Source: an uncultured Planctomycetota bacterium (lineage in GTDB: Bacteria; Planctomycetota; Phycisphaerae; Tepidisphaerales; Tepidisphaeraceae). Taken from it: 64,000 bases of DNA. The position numbers and the translations under genes are program-made. The notes beneath the pieces were generated by a model. It saw nothing but the letters and a program-made list of their open reading frames with translations. It was not told where the DNA came from and did no database searches. This document shows positions 55,276 through 64,000 of this stretch, one piece after another. The stretch is taken from the NCBI GenBank assembly GCA_963841915.1, contig CAWJEN010000005.1, positions 256,001-320,000 on the forward strand, written 5' to 3'. How positions within the stretch are numbered: the first letter of the stretch is position 1; every line of letters starts with the position of its first letter.

Positions 55276-58092
55276 TCAGCGCCTGGCGAAGATCGATTCT
55301 TCCTCAGCCTCGATGTCAAAGAAGCTTCGATCGCCGGTGAGCACGCTCGTCGGCGACTCGAACGGTGTCGGTACGGCGAACGTGCCCGAGGTCGCAGGCA
55401 GCTCGTCAACGATGACGTTGTCACCGAACGGCACCGTTCGTTGGCTGCCCACACGGCCTCCAAAATCGCCCGCTGGGCCATTGTTGAGGTTGGTCCCGAA
55501 GTCACGCCGCAAGATGGCGAAGTCGAGAAGGTTGACCCACCCGTCGCCGTTGAAGTCACCACCGGCTTGAGTCTGAGCGCTGTTCATGTTGCCACGCAGG
55601 ATGGCAAAGTCGCTGAGGTTCACCGTGCCGTCACCGTTGGCATCGGCCGGGTTGTACCCAATCTCTGCAAATCCCGGCACATTTCGGCCACGCGTCAGCG
55701 ACGGAGCGACGTAGCCATTTCCGGCGACGTCGGCAGCGCCACCTTCGACGGGATAGACACGCCAGTGCCCCGCCGGCAAGCGCAGGCGGTCGGCGGCGGC
55801 GAATTGCACCTGCGTGTTGCCACCGGCCAACGTCGTCACCGACAACAGCTCGGCAGAGGCCGTCAAGCCGTCGTCACGAACCAGCACGAAGTCGCTCGCC
55901 GTCAACGGACCGACTGTTTCGTCGAAAGTCAGGGTCGCACCGACGAATGCGGTCATGGTTCCCTCGGCTGACAGCAGCTCGGGCGCGGCAGTGTCGGTCG
56001 ACCATGCGGCCAGTGCAGCGGCGTGGGCGATGTTGCCCTCTTCAGTGGCCCAATCGAGGGCCGTCCGACCCGTCGCATCAACCTTGTTCACATCGGCACC
56101 GAGCGACAGCAGCATCGGCACGTTGTACGACTGGTGCTGGACCGTATCGGTCACGGCGAGACGCGGCGTCGTTGAAGCCCAATGCAAAGCCGTCCGACCG
56201 AGATCGTCTTTGGCGTGCAAGTCTGCGCCTCGCAGCACGTACTGCTCGACCCGGTCCGCCGCCGCCTGCGGATCCACAAGGACGTACTGGCCTTGGAACG
56301 CGTAATACAGGCCCGACATCTGCGTCGCCGACGCGACCATGAGCGGCGTCATACCGATCATGTCCTGGCGGTTGTAATCGAGGTTGAGCCGATCGGCGAC
56401 GTCGTAGACGTACGACATCGCGGTCGGCACGTCACCGATCATGACAGCACCTGCACCATGCAGCAGGCCACGGTTGGTCTCTCCCCAGACGAGGCTGGCC
56501 CGCTGATCAGAAATCTCATTCTGGATGCCCTCGATCCAGCCAACGGCGAGTACTTCGTGGAAGTAGCTCAAACGCTGCACGCCACGCGGCACGGCGACCG
56601 CCAGTGAGCGGCGGGCCGTCGTGGCTGTTTGTGCATCGTCGATCGTGTCGCTCTCCGCTGTCGACAGCGTCAGCATCGACCGGGCCGGTAGGGTCAATGT
56701 TACCGAGGAACCGTCGGGAGCAACCGTCAGCGGCACCTCGCCCGTGCCGGCGGCGTCGGCGCGACGCGTCCAGACGTCAGCGTTGTAGCCGTCGCTCTCG
56801 AGGCTCAGAAACGCCTTCCAGTTCGCCGCGGCACCGGGGCCGTCGTCGGTCGTGAAGTTAATGGTCACCTCGCGGCTGCCTGACGAGCGATTGGACAGCA
56901 CTGCGCCATAGTCACCATCGGGTGTGACGAAGCCGACACCGCGGCCGTAGCCGTTGTCGCTGCCGCGGCTGTTTTCAAGGCGAGTCTCGAGGATGTGACT
57001 GCCGGGCCTGATCCAGCGGGCGATGTGCTTCGTCGCGGCGTAGGTGCCGGTCTTGAACAAGCCGTCGTTGTTCCGCAGGTACCACGAGCTGCCGCCGTTA
57101 CCGTCGCTCTGCCAGACGATGTGCGAGCTGAGGCCGCCGCGCTCGAGGTACTCGATGGCCTCTTCGAGGAATGTCAGGCCGCCGGACATCGAGCTTGTGC
57201 CCTTACCGGCTGATTCGGTGCTCCAGACCTGTCGGTCCGTCTGCTTGGCCACGTCTTCCCAAACGTTGCCGTCATAGGCGTTGCTCCAGTGCGTGCCCCA
57301 CACCAGGCCCTCAGGCAGATCCCGGTTGCGGCGGGCGTAGGCGTCTTGCAGCGCATCGCTCCAAACCTCGAACCGGCGGTTAAAGTTCAAGTCCTCGGCC
57401 ACCATCAGCTTCGTCTCGCTCAACCCGACCGAGTCGAAGTGATCACGCACGGTGACGAAGGTCTCTGCGAGCTGGAAGGGCGAGTAGAGAGAGTTGCCGT
57501 AGGGCTCGGTGAGCAGCGGCTCGTTCTGCAGCGACACGACATCGATGGTCACGCCGAACTCACGCTGCGAGGCGATGACATACTCGGCGAGGTACTCGGC
57601 GAACTCGCCACGCATCTCTGGCCGCAGGTGCCCACCACCGCCGTGCGAGTCGAAGTTGGTCTTCATCCAGAAAGGCGGCGACCAGACCGAGGCCAGCACC
57701 GTGTGATCGACACGCTTTTCGAGCTCCTGCACATACTCCATCGACGTCGCCAGCTCTCGCGTCTGGAAGCCGTCGACGTTGGCCACGTTTGGGTCGTCGT
57801 TGTCGTTGTACCGCTCGAAGTCCTGCGGCACGGGCACGCGCACGACCGTCGCGCCGAGGTCGTTGGCGATATCGTTATAAAACTCCGGATCGGCGTACGA
57901 CTCGACGGAGTACCAGTCGATCATCGAGGAGCCGAAACCGACAATCTCCTGATTAAGATCGCTGGCGTTGATGTTGACCTCGAAGACCGGCAGGTCGCCG
58001 TTGAGCAGGCGGCGGGGCTCGAGCGTTTCAAAACGTGAATTGACAATCACAAGTGCTTTCAAAAGGTGTTGGTGCGGCGGCCGCGTTGGCAC
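55276..58092 (-). CDS. Secreted GH30-like glycoside hydrolase with ankyrin repeats and dockerin-like C-terminus (start uncertain)
   Basis: FETLEPRRLL; Q.IVGFG, WSPPFWMK, SLQNEP, WSTE; GMTPL, GRTALHWA, GRTALDWA; DANGDGTVNLSDF and DFNGDGWVNLLDF. Confidence 0.85.
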   Translation of the reverse strand: MPTRPPHQHLLKALVIVNSRFETLEPRRLLNGDLPVFEVNINASDLNQEIVGFGSSMIDWYSVESYADPEFYNDIANDLGATVVRVPVPQDFERYNDNDDPNVANVDGFQTRELATSMEYVQELEKRVDHTVLASVWSPPFWMKTNFDSHGGGGHLRPEMRGEFAEYLAEYVIASQREFGVTIDVVSLQNEPLLTEPYGNSLYSPFQLAETFVTVRDHFDSVGLSETKLMVAEDLNFNRRFEVWSDALQDAYARRNRDLPEGLVWGTHWSNAYDGNVWEDVAKQTDRQVWSTESAGKGTSSMSGGLTFLEEAIEYLERGGLSSHIVWQSDGNGGSSWYLRNNDGLFKTGTYAATKHIARWIRPGSHILETRLENSRGSDNGYGRGVGFVTPDGDYGAVLSNRSSGSREVTINFTTDDGPGAAANWKAFLSLESDGYNADVWTRRADAAGTGEVPLTVAPDGSSVTLTLPARSMLTLSTAESDTIDDAQTATTARRSLAVAVPRGVQRLSYFHEVLAVGWIEGIQNEISDQRASLVWGETNRGLLHGAGAVMIGDVPTAMSYVYDVADRLNLDYNRQDMIGMTPLMVASATQMSGLYYAFQGQYVLVDPQAAADRVEQYVLRGADLHAKDDLGRTALHWASTTPRLAVTDTVQHQSYNVPMLLSLGADVNKVDATGRTALDWATEEGNIAHAAALAAWSTDTAAPELLSAEGTMTAFVGATLTFDETVGPLTASDFVLVRDDGLTASAELLSVTTLAGGNTQVQFAAADRLRLPAGHWRVYPVEGGAADVAGNGYVAPSLTRGRNVPGFAEIGYNPADANGDGTVNLSDFAILRGNMNSAQTQAGGDFNGDGWVNLLDFAILRRDFGTNLNNGPAGDFGGRVGSQRTVPFGDNVIVDELPATSGTFAVPTPFESPTSVLTGDRSFFDIEAEEESIFARR

Positions 58093-58171
58093 ACGCGGAC
58101 CCGTACATCTATGAACGAGGCTACCGCCCCCACGGTTTCCCCGAACTACAATTTTATCAGCATTCTCCGTC

Positions 58172-58402
58172 TCAAGTCAACGCATCGACGAAGAAGTAAA
58201 GCCCCACTGCTGCGGCAGAAAGGCCGAGTAGCAGGTAGCCGGCCAGTTTGGCGGCGTCGAGTGCAGCGGCGGCGGGTGTCGCCGATTTGGTCGCCTTGTA
58301 CGCGACAGCAATGCCCACCAGCAGCGGAATGATCAGAAACTGCCACGCGTCCCACATCGGGGCGGCAGTGACAAAGGGCACCCACGCGAGCGAACCCGTC
58401 AT
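58172..58402 (-). CDS. Small conserved membrane protein
   Basis: W..LIIPL..GIAVAYKATK; ATGA overlap with the upstream gene. Confidence 0.7.
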   Translation of the reverse strand: MTGSLAWVPFVTAAPMWDAWQFLIIPLLVGIAVAYKATKSATPAAAALDAAKLAGYLLLGLSAAAVGLYFFVDALT

Positions 58403-58872
58403 GGCCGCCCACCCTTGGACCGGGCGCTGGCGTCGAGGATGAGCACGAGGTTGAGCATGCCGGCCGTTGCGCAGTAGAGCGTGCCGATGTCGGCAAGGCG
58501 TGCGGTCGGTTTCGGGTAGCCGTTGGCCGCAGCCTGGACCCCGGCAAAGCCGCTGACAAAGGCAATCGGGCCGCCGAGCGACTGGGCGACGAACCACGGG
58601 CGACTGACGAGGCTACCGACGGGGTTCGACGTCAGCGCCCATCTGCCGTCGCGTGTCGCAGAACGTTGGCCGTCGGCGTAGCCGGGAAGATCGACCACCC
58701 GCACGCCGCCGATGAGCAGCCCGGCAATGAACAGCGCGATGACGGCAGAGCCACCCATGATGCCACGCCATTTGTCACCGCCCAGCCAATAGCCAAGGCC
58801 CGGCAATGCCCAACCGGCCGCGGCAACCAGCCACGTCGGCGTCGGCTCAGGTTCGTCGTGAAAAGCGGCCAT
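58399..58872 (-). CDS. DUF6677-like membrane protein
   Basis: GWALPGLGY, GTLY...AGMLNL..ILDA. Confidence 0.75.
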   Translation of the reverse strand: MAAFHDEPEPTPTWLVAAAGWALPGLGYWLGGDKWRGIMGGSAVIALFIAGLLIGGVRVVDLPGYADGQRSATRDGRWALTSNPVGSLVSRPWFVAQSLGGPIAFVSGFAGVQAAANGYPKPTARLADIGTLYCATAGMLNLVLILDASARSKGGRP

Positions 58873-58887
58873 GCAAGCTAAACCGGC

Positions 58888-59238
58888 TCAGGCCGACGCG
58901 GCCTCGGCCTCGGGGGCGGCTTCGGTGAGAATCTCGACGTGCGAGTACTCGTCGAGGTTGAACGTAAAGATTTCGCCGTCGCTCTTCTTCAGCACAAGTC
59001 GATCAAGCCACAGCTTGTCACCGCGGCTGTGGGCGTACCACGAGCCGGTCTGCTTCTGCTCATAGCTAAGGACAGTGCCGACATGTTCCGTCCCCCACGC
59101 GTAGTCGCGGGCGGCAATCTGTTGAACCACTCGGACCGTCGCACCGGCCCGCAGGCGGGTGCGGATCGTCGGATCCATCACGGGACGCAAGCCCGTCACG
59201 GCGGAAGGACTCGAAGACGTATCGGCGGTATCTGCCAT
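58888..59238 (-). CDS. Conserved hypothetical protein
   Basis: TGSWYAHS..DKLWLDRL.L.K.DGE block; same strand as its neighbours; start uncertain. Confidence 0.7.
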   Translation of the reverse strand: MADTADTSSSPSAVTGLRPVMDPTIRTRLRAGATVRVVQQIAARDYAWGTEHVGTVLSYEQKQTGSWYAHSRGDKLWLDRLVLKKSDGEIFTFNLDEYSHVEILTEAAPEAEAASA

Positions 59239-59342
59239 CGGGACGAGCAGCGTAGCAGCCTCGCGACCGCCACGCACATCCATCCTGATCATCCACCACC
59301 AATCCGGGCCCACGTCAACCCGATGTTACGCGCAAAGCTACT

Positions 59343-60929
59343 TCAGTGGCTCGGTCTCGATTCGATGAGTCGCACCCTCAAACCGACGCCACGCACGACA
59401 GCGAAGTAGCTCCCACCCCCGATCATCATAAAGGCCAGCAACCGCCCCACCGACGGCTCCCATGCCCGAAGTGGCAGGCACACCAGCACCATCACCGTCG
59501 TCGCCAGCAACATCACCCCGATCGGCCGCACGCTTTGCCTAAGCCCGAGTCCGCCGATGCGTCGGCTCAGCAACCACGTCATGACGATCGCCTGGATGCT
59601 GAAACTCATGAGCGTGCCAACGGCCAGACCGACCTCGCCCCAAGGCCGCGGCAGCAGCCAGATCAACGGCAGCTCGACAGCCAAATTGATTGCCAGATTC
59701 ACGCCCGCCCACACCAACGGCACGCGTGTCTCCTGCAGCGCGTAGTAGGCCCGGTTGAGAATCTGCTGGACGCTGAACGCCCAGATTGCAGCCGCATAGA
59801 TGGTCACGCTCATCGCCACCAGCCGCGTGTCGTCGGGCGTAAAGCGGCCACGCTCGAAAAGCACCTTGGTCGCATCGAGGCTCACCAGGACAAGGCCAGC
59901 ACTGGCGGGCAGGCCGATGTAGAGGGCCGTTTCGATGCCGCGTCGTACGCCGTCGCGGAACACGTCGTTGCGACCCGCACCTGCGGATGCGACGCGCGAC
60001 AGCGTCGGGAAAATGGCCGTCGCCAGAGCGATGGCAAAGACGCCGAGCGGGAACTGGTAGAGAAATTGCGCCCAATTCAGCCGTGCCGCCGCGCCCGTGG
60101 CCAGAGGCGTCCACGTGCTCAACGTCGCACCGTCAGCGGCGGCAAGAAAGAAGGCGATGCTCTTGTCGAGCAGCACGCTGATCTGCAGCACCGCTGCCGA
60201 CAAGGCGACGGGAATGCCGAGCATCACCATCTGCCGCGTCAGCGAAGATCGCACGCCGGCCGACGGCAGAAACTGAAACCCGCCCGCCTTGAGGCCCGGC
60301 AGCAGCAACGCCACCTGCAACACGCCGCTGACCAGCACCGCGACGGCGACAACGACGGTCGCCTGAGCCCGGCCTGCTTCGCCCGAAAGGTCGATGACCC
60401 ACCAGACGCCGCCGATCGCCAGGAGCAGGCAGACGTTGAGCAGGACACTCGCCGCCGCCGGTGCGGCAAATCGGCCGTGAACGTTGAGGATGCCGCCCAG
60501 GAACGCTGCCCCGCAGATGAGCACGACGTACGGCAGCATGATCATCGTCAGCACAGCCGCCAACCGGTAGTCGAATCGCTCGACGCCGATCAGCAACCAC
60601 GCCGCCAACGCCACCTCGCCGACGAGCACGATGACGGCCAGCACCGTGACGAGCAGGTTGACGCCCTGGGCCGCGAATCGTTCTGCGTTCGGGTCGCGTG
60701 CCTCGGTCAGCCGTGCGTAGATCGGAATGAACGCCGCCGAAATCGCCCCTTCGCCGAAGAGCTTGCGGAAGAGGTTCGGGATCGTGAAGGCCAGCGTGAA
60801 GGCCGACCAGACCGGCCCGGCACCGAACGCCGCGGCGGCGACGACTTCGCGGGCCATGCCCAGAATCCGGCTGCCGAACGTGATCGCCCCGATGACCTTG
60901 GCGTCACTGACAAAGGAGCGCGGCACCAC
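59343..60929 (-). CDS. murJ: Lipid II flippase MurJ/MviN
   Basis: SRILG..RE, AFTIPNLFRKLFGEGA.SAAFIP, QFPLGVF..AL.T, LFERG.F. Confidence 0.93.
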   Translation of the reverse strand: MVPRSFVSDAKVIGAITFGSRILGMAREVVAAAAFGAGPVWSAFTLAFTIPNLFRKLFGEGAISAAFIPIYARLTEARDPNAERFAAQGVNLLVTVLAVIVLVGEVALAAWLLIGVERFDYRLAAVLTMIMLPYVVLICGAAFLGGILNVHGRFAAPAAASVLLNVCLLLAIGGVWWVIDLSGEAGRAQATVVVAVAVLVSGVLQVALLLPGLKAGGFQFLPSAGVRSSLTRQMVMLGIPVALSAAVLQISVLLDKSIAFFLAAADGATLSTWTPLATGAAARLNWAQFLYQFPLGVFAIALATAIFPTLSRVASAGAGRNDVFRDGVRRGIETALYIGLPASAGLVLVSLDATKVLFERGRFTPDDTRLVAMSVTIYAAAIWAFSVQQILNRAYYALQETRVPLVWAGVNLAINLAVELPLIWLLPRPWGEVGLAVGTLMSFSIQAIVMTWLLSRRIGGLGLRQSVRPIGVMLLATTVMVLVCLPLRAWEPSVGRLLAFMMIGGGSYFAVVRGVGLRVRLIESRPSH

Positions 60930-60946
60930 CGGTTGTAGGGCCGGCG

Positions 60947-61861
60947 CTACGTCAAGCGGTCGATCACGAGCACGAGCAGCACGGCCGGCAGGTACGTGAT
61001 CGACACGAGGAACAATCGCCTCGCCGCCGACCGTTCGCCAGATTTGGCCATGCCGATCGCGGCCCACAGGTACCACACGCCCAAAGCCACCGCCGCCACG
61101 CCGTACAACCAGCCTGCTACGGGCGTCAGCGTCGGCACGAGCGACAGCGGAATAAGTGCAGCACACCAGCCGACGACCTGCCGGGCCGTCCGCCGCGTGC
61201 CGTCGGGTTCGCTCGGCAGCATGCGGAATCCGCCGGCGGCGTAATCGTCCTTGAATAGCGTCGCCAGGCCGAAGAAGTGCGGCATCTGCCACGCGAAGAG
61301 CAGCCCAAAGAGCCCGACGGCCAACAGGTCGATCCGCCCCGTCGCCGCCGCCACACCGATGGCGGGCGGTATCGCACCGGGCACTGCTCCGACAATCGTG
61401 CACCAAGGCGTCCGCGTCTTGAGCGGCGTGTAGATCGCCACGTAGCTCACGATCGTTGCCAGTGACAAGCCGGCTGCCAGACCGTTGACGAACAGCGCCA
61501 GGTACGCCACGCCCAGGACGCAAAGCACGACGCCGAGGGCGAGTGCGAACCCGGGCGTCAAGGTCTTTGTCGGCAACGGTCGGCCACGCGTGCGTTTCAT
61601 GCGGCCGTCGGCAATGCGCTCGACGTGCTGGTTCAACACGCCCGCGCCCGCCGCCGACAAGGCCGTGCCCAGCAGCGTGTGGGCCAGCAACGGCAAGTCT
61701 CTGAACCCGGCCGCGGCGAGATAGCCCACGAGGGTCGTGATAAGGACCAGCAGATTCAGCCGCGGCTTTGTCAACTCGTAGACCGCCGCCAGCTTGTCCG
61801 TCTTCGACGCGCCCGACAACTCATGCCCCACGTCGGCAGTCAGGGCAGAAGGTCGGCTCAC
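60947..61861 (-). CDS. ctaB: Heme o synthase (protoheme IX farnesyltransferase)
   Basis: ELTKPR, D.RMKRT..RPLP, YTPLK, GAVPGAIPP, WQMPHF; GTG overlaps the ctaA stop. Confidence 0.95.
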   Translation of the reverse strand: MSRPSALTADVGHELSGASKTDKLAAVYELTKPRLNLLVLITTLVGYLAAAGFRDLPLLAHTLLGTALSAAGAGVLNQHVERIADGRMKRTRGRPLPTKTLTPGFALALGVVLCVLGVAYLALFVNGLAAGLSLATIVSYVAIYTPLKTRTPWCTIVGAVPGAIPPAIGVAAATGRIDLLAVGLFGLLFAWQMPHFFGLATLFKDDYAAGGFRMLPSEPDGTRRTARQVVGWCAALIPLSLVPTLTPVAGWLYGVAAVALGVWYLWAAIGMAKSGERSAARRLFLVSITYLPAVLLVLVIDRLT

Positions 61862-63096
61862 GTGAGGGCAGCGTACGGCGACGGGGAAGCGGCCTCGGCA
61901 ACATCTTTGGCATAGCCGGCCGGGGCGGGAAGCAGACCGTATTGCCGAATCAGCCGCGCCGCCAGCATCGACACCGTCAGGAGCAGCAACGCACCTGTTG
62001 CCACGTGCAGCGTCGCGATGTCGGCCGGCTTGCCGAGCCACACCGTCGCCACGCCCAGAGTCACCTGCACACCGACCAGGCCGAGCACCAGAAGCACGTG
62101 ACCGCGCGCGACGTTCCAAAGCCGCCACGTCACCCACAGCACCACCCCGCAGATGAGATAGGCACCGAGCCGGTGCGCCACGTGCAACCAGACCTGAGCC
62201 AGCGATACGGCTGGCAGGTGGTAGTCGAACCGTCGCTCGACGTTGACGGCCTGCAACGCAGACGCGTCGGTCGGCGGAACGATCTGCCCGTAGTGCGTCG
62301 GCCAGTCCGGCACCGCCAGGCCGGCTCCGTTGTGCCTCATCGCTGCGGCAATCACGAGCTGGCCCACGCACAGCACCAGCAACGTCACCGCAGGCCACGA
62401 CACGCTCGGCTGCCGGACAGCCTCGACGCCCTGCCACCATCGGCTCGTGGCGATGACGGCCAGCCCGCCGACGCAGAGCGTGAGTTGGCCGAAGATGCCG
62501 TGGACCATGGCCAGGTCGGTCGAGTCGAAGACGACACGCAAGCCGCCGAGCAGGCCTTGCAGGCAGACGGCCGTGAGCAGTCCCACCGCCAGTCGGCGGA
62601 CCCAGACACGCTCGTCACGTTGATTGCGGATCAGCCAGGCGACGAGCGACGTGACGCCGACCGCCCCGCCGAGGCCGACGAGGTGGCCGATATTCTTGTT
62701 CGTTTCGTAGGCGAACGGGCTGACGGCCTTGATGAAGACGTAACTGCCGATGGCCACCGCGAAGCCGACGACAGCGGCGATACCCCATCGGCGGCGGGCC
62801 TTGGCATGATGCGACGCCCCAAAGGCCGCCAGAACGGTTCCGACGGCGGCGAAGCCGGCGACGGTGCCGAGCAGGCGGTGGAAGTGTTCGTGAAAGACGC
62901 CCCCCGCATCGCCGCCGAGCCAGTGGCTCCACGGAACGGCCCACATGTTGTAACCGAACGTGTTGGGCCAATCGGGCACCGCCATGCCGACGCCCTTGCT
63001 GGTCACAAGCCCGCCCATCCAGATCAGCGGAAACATCGCCAGCACCGTCGCGCACGCCCAGGCAAAGACGGCTCGGGATGGAGGCGGCGTTGACAC
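61858..63096 (-). CDS. ctaA: Heme A synthase (COX15/CtaA family)
   Basis: GGLVTS...GMAVPDWP, EHFHR, QGLLGGLRV, HG, HRL, H. Confidence 0.92.
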   Translation of the reverse strand: MSTPPPSRAVFAWACATVLAMFPLIWMGGLVTSKGVGMAVPDWPNTFGYNMWAVPWSHWLGGDAGGVFHEHFHRLLGTVAGFAAVGTVLAAFGASHHAKARRRWGIAAVVGFAVAIGSYVFIKAVSPFAYETNKNIGHLVGLGGAVGVTSLVAWLIRNQRDERVWVRRLAVGLLTAVCLQGLLGGLRVVFDSTDLAMVHGIFGQLTLCVGGLAVIATSRWWQGVEAVRQPSVSWPAVTLLVLCVGQLVIAAAMRHNGAGLAVPDWPTHYGQIVPPTDASALQAVNVERRFDYHLPAVSLAQVWLHVAHRLGAYLICGVVLWVTWRLWNVARGHVLLVLGLVGVQVTLGVATVWLGKPADIATLHVATGALLLLTVSMLAARLIRQYGLLPAPAGYAKDVAEAASPSPYAALT

Positions 63097-63165
63097 GGTC
63101 TGCACAATATGACGAGTCGGCCGTTGCCGCGGATCGCATTGCGGCGGATGGTCGCACACGACGGC

Positions 63166-63285
63166 GGAACCCCAACGGGCGAAGAGGCAAAGGGTCGCGA
63201 AGGAAGAGAAGAAGGAACAAAGGCCAACCTACTCGACCCCTTCTGCACCTTTGCGGACTCTCGCCCCTTCGCGTCTTCGCGTTCC
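63166..63285. repeat. REP/MITE-like element of the GCGAAG family (38-bp imperfect arms)
   Basis: GGAACCCCAACGGGCGAAGAGGCAAAGGGTCGCGAAGG ... CCTTTGCGGACTCTCGCCCCTTCGCGTCTTCGCGTTCC. Confidence 0.7.
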
Positions 63286-64000
63286 TCGGATCGAGCTGAA
63301 AAGCATGTTCATCATCAGAAGCAGCTGAGCTGCCCCGAGCACGATGGCCGACACCGTCATCGCCTGTTGAGCCCATGCGAGATGCTCAAACATGTCGATC
63401 TTCGTCGGTTCGGCATAGCGGCGAGGCATGCCGAGAATGCCGAGCAGGTGCATCAGGCCGAAGGTGCCGTTGAAGGCGAGGTACGTCAGGGCGATGTGGA
63501 GCTTGCCGAGTGTGGCGTTCAGGTGGCGGCCGTTCGTCAGGCGTGGCCAGAGCCAGTAGAGCCCGGCGAACAGGGCAAAGACGCTACCGCCGAAGAGCGT
63601 GTAGTGCAGATGGGCGACGACGAAGTAGGTGTCGTGAAGCTGAACGTTGATGGCCGGTGCGGCGAGGATGAGACCGCTCAGGCCGCCGATGACAAAGCAG
63701 CTGACAAACGCGTAGGCCGCCCAGGTGGCCGGCGTGGACCGTGGCCTGCCGCGGGCGACCGTGGCGATCCAGGTGACAACGAGGACTGCCGACGGCGTGC
63801 CGATGAGCATCGTCGCGGCCGAGAAGACGAGTGCCCCGCCGGGGTCGAGGCCGCTCTGATACATGTGGTGCGCCCAGACGCCGAAGCCGAGAACACTGAC
63901 GGCGACGATACTAAGTGCCGCGGCCTTGTAACCGACGTACCCGCGGCCGTGTCTTGCGAGTACGTCGCTGACGATGCCGTACGCCGGCAGGATCATCAGA
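63229..64000 (-). CDS. ctaD: Heme-copper (cytochrome c) oxidase subunit I, 3' part
   Basis: ILPAYG, VWAHHM, LHDTYFVVAHLHY, GMPRRY; runs off the window. Confidence 0.93.
   Translation of the reverse strand, partial: LMILPAYGIVSDVLARHGRGYVGYKAAALSIVAVSVLGFGVWAHHMYQSGLDPGGALVFSAATMLIGTPSAVLVVTWIATVARGRPRSTPATWAAYAFVSCFVIGGLSGLILAAPAINVQLHDTYFVVAHLHYTLFGGSVFALFAGLYWLWPRLTNGRHLNATLGKLHIALTYLAFNGTFGLMHLLGILGMPRRYAEPTKIDMFEHLAWAQQAMTVSAIVLGAAQLLLMMNMLFSSIRGTRRREGARVRKGAEGVE

Overview
High-GC (roughly 65-68%) bacterial chromosome segment, most likely Planctomycetota (Phycisphaerae-like). The assignment rests on three proteins with the Planctomycete N-terminal 'E.LE.RRLL' motif and on a dockerin-like repeat pair. 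Most of the window is housekeeping: tRNA-Val/Cys/Asp, pyrR-pyrB-pyrC, zwf, dapL, nfi, rsmB, an RND efflux triplet, xseB-ispA, egtB-egtD, lpdA, murJ, ctaB-ctaA and a partial cytochrome c oxidase subunit I. The left end is the start of a wzm/wzt polysaccharide-export locus. Notable observations: (1) an array of about 11 x 21-bp units with a palindromic core (GAACGTGCACGTTC) directly upstream of a stop-interrupted uncharacterised gene and a GNAT gene; (2) two perfect and one near-perfect parS sites, suggesting an origin-proximal region; (3) a dispersed GCGAAG-based REP/MITE-like family, read through by two genes' C-termini; (4) a frameshift-split mutL facing an imuA-imuB cassette that has no dnaE2; (5) a compositionally chimeric wzt; (6) an oxidase subunit I lacking the K-channel lysine; (7) unusual multidomain secreted proteins. 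All calls come from reading motifs by eye; no database searches were run. Several start codons are estimates, and the frameshifts could be assembly errors.
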